Assembly (NCBI GenBank): GCA_030390025.1
Contig: CM059436.1
Location: 79,176,001 to 79,240,000, forward strand
Direction of reading: 5' to 3'
From: Squalus acanthias
Lineage: Eukaryota
Length of the DNA stretch: 64,000 bases
Shown: positions 61,915 through 64,000 of the stretch, one piece after another
Numbering within the stretch: the first letter of the stretch is position 1
Layout of the letters: every line of letters starts with the position of its first letter
Program-made: the position numbers and the translations under genes
The notes under the pieces: model-generated
Seen by the model: only the letters and a program-made list of their open reading frames with translations
Told to the model about the DNA's origin: nothing
Databases searched by the model: none

Positions 61915-62160
61915 GCTGATTCCCCGCTCAGGCCTGAGTTAAAATTACAGTCGGCTCTCAATGATGTCATCGGGCCACAACATGCATATGTAAAGAAGGA
62001 CCCGGTTGGCTCTAGCCGTGTGTCCTTGCTGCCTGCTCAGGAGAGCAGGCTAAAATTGCAGATGTTGCGATCATGGCGGCTTTCCGACAGGTAAGAGCCA
62101 GGGCGATTTTAACTGCCTGCCCGCCAGGTTTCTGCAGTGAGTAGGGTTAAAATCGCCCCC
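61915..62160. mobile_element. MITE family D (copy 2)
   Basis: Colinear with 33160-33405. Confidence 0.75.
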
Positions 62161-62283
62161 TCCGGAGTGAATGCACATCTTCATGTGATGGATGGTAATG
62201 TTGAGAAAAGCTCATTGGAATATTTCTCTCTATCACACAACTACGATGGCAGGTGGATATCAGTACCTGTATTTTGAGACCAT

Positions 62284-63293
62284 GGGGGTAATTTTTCGGG
62301 GGTCAGCGGAGGCGTTTGGAGGTGGGTCGGCTGGGAAAACTTATTTTCGATGTTCTTCAAAAAAGAACTTCATATTCATCCAGGAGGCTGTAGTGAGACT
62401 GGAACTGAGAATATGAGCTCACAGGTAAGTGCAGGTGGCTTGTACACTTTGGGCTGGATTTTGTCAATGGGGACGTGATGGAGGCGGGACTCCCACTTTT
62501 TGGGTTGTAGTCCGCCTCCATCGACTTGTGGCCAACCCACTGTATTTTCCCTTGATTGACCTTGTTAAGCCCGCCCAGCGGGCTTAGCAGGCCAATCAAG
62601 GGTTCCTTGGATACAGGTGACGTCAGCCATTGAAATTTCATCTGTCAAGAGCTTTTGACAGATGAAATTTCAGCGTTTGACAGCTCTGTGAAGCTGTCAA
62701 ACACTGACAATATGATTTCTAACTTGAGTCCCTGTACTTAGACTCAGTTAGAAATCAATCCAGCACAGAAAGCAGAGACTGCAGCTTTTGACAGCTCCGC
62801 GGCCATTCTGCTTTCTGTGCCGGTGATGTGAGGGACTCCCGACAGCTTAAGGAAGCTAGCCTGCAGGACAAAGTTAAGGTAAGTAAAAGTTCTTAAAACA
62901 CTTTACACAAACCAAACACAATTACATCTGCACTCATGCACCCATCACTCACCTGCACACCGGACATTTCGACCCCTCCAAGCCCTCCAGACCGACGGTC
63001 CGCCTCGCTAAATCGGCGTGGTTCGGACCTGTCGGGAAGCCCACACTTCAGGGCTAAAAATAGGGATTAGGCAAAAAACTGCCTGTTAACTACCTGTTAA
63101 CAGGCAGTTTATTGGCACTAATCCCCTTCCCGCCTCGGGGAGGTGGGTCCCAGCACAGGTCGGGTACCCGCCTCCTGGGAAACTGGCATGGAGGCGGGTT
63201 GGGGGCGGGATGGGTTCGGGACCCCCGAATCTGCTATTTTCACACCACTCCCGCCTCCAAGCCCACCTCCACGGGCCGGTGAAAATTGAGCCC
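62284..63293. mobile_element. Harbinger-like non-autonomous element with internal hairpin array
   Basis: TIR-like GGGGGTAATTTT...AAAATTGAGCCC. Shares the promoter module and right-end layout with 11211-13186. No clean TSD. Confidence 0.65.
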
Positions 63294-63449
63294 TTTGTCT
63301 GCTCCACAATCTCAGTCAGTTAGCCCTGGGCTTGTTTGTTACTCTAGGTTCAAATGAGGCTTGATGCAGGATTTCAAATCCCAATTGATTCTGGCATCTC
63401 ATTTTCAGATTTTACAACTTTTTTTTGTTGCTTTCACTCTTTTTCACGT

Positions 63450-63782
63450 TACATAAGAATTAGGAGCAGGAGTATGTCATAAGGCCCTTCAAGCCTGCTC
63501 CGTCATTCAATAAGATCATGGCTGATCTTCTACCTCAACTCCACCTTCCCGCCCGATCCCCATATCCCTTGATTCCGCTAGAGTCCAGAACTCTATCGAT
63601 CTCTGTCTTGAATATACTCAACGACTGAGCATCCACAGCCCTCTGGGGTAGAGAATTCCAAAGATTCACAACCCTCTGAGTGAAGAAATTTTTCCTTATC
63701 TCAGTCCTAAATGGCTGAGCCTGAGACTATGCCCCAGTTCTAGACTCTCTAGCCATGGGAAACAGCCTCTTAGCATCTACCC
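63450..63782 (-). mobile_element. CR1 (HER1-like) 3' fragment
   Basis: Reverse match to 256-482 and 5580-5912. Confidence 0.92.
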
Positions 63783-64000
63783 AATTACTAACATTGTAAT
63801 TTTCCTTTTTCACATTCTATCTATTCACTGCTATGTTTTTTTTTCTAATCCATTATATTCCTTCTTTCCGTGCTTTCCTTTCCCACTCTTGCCCATTTCA
63901 CTGGAATATTAAATACAACATGTTCAATGTAAAAAATGTTATCAGGGTCTATCTGACACATGCAGCACTGGAATTTAACTGTGCAACCGTGCCATTGAGA

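Overview
This is eukaryotic, repeat-rich DNA from a vertebrate, most likely a shark or ray. The assignment rests on an HE1/V-SINE copy, SacSINE1-like DeuSINEs, HER1-like CR1 tails and Penelope-type hammerhead repeats, all recognised by eye without a database search. There is no intact multi-exon host gene, rRNA/tRNA gene or CRISPR array. The window looks like a large intron or intergenic region with one good candidate 81-nt host exon (39607-39687, minus strand) and several repeat-free blocks that may be enhancers. By eye, roughly half the sequence is transposon-derived: CR1, Zenon-like CR1, L2 and RTE LINE fragments, SINEs, one solo LTR, one hAT MITE and many PIF/Harbinger elements. The Harbinger set includes a frameshifted DDE transposase (37807-38922), a Myb/SANT-carrying deletion derivative (11211-13186) and several non-autonomous families with intact TIRs and 3-bp TSDs. 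The most unusual signals are: (1) a Harbinger-like element whose GC-box/CCAAT/CRE module is followed by four back-to-back hairpins and a splice donor; (2) a MITE family carrying NRF1/E-box motifs, three consensus splice donors and a covarying hairpin; (3) a minimal hammerhead ribozyme; (4) a flank-encoded Harbinger target preference. Most ORFs in the supplied track are repeat artefacts. Boundaries of old repeats are approximate.
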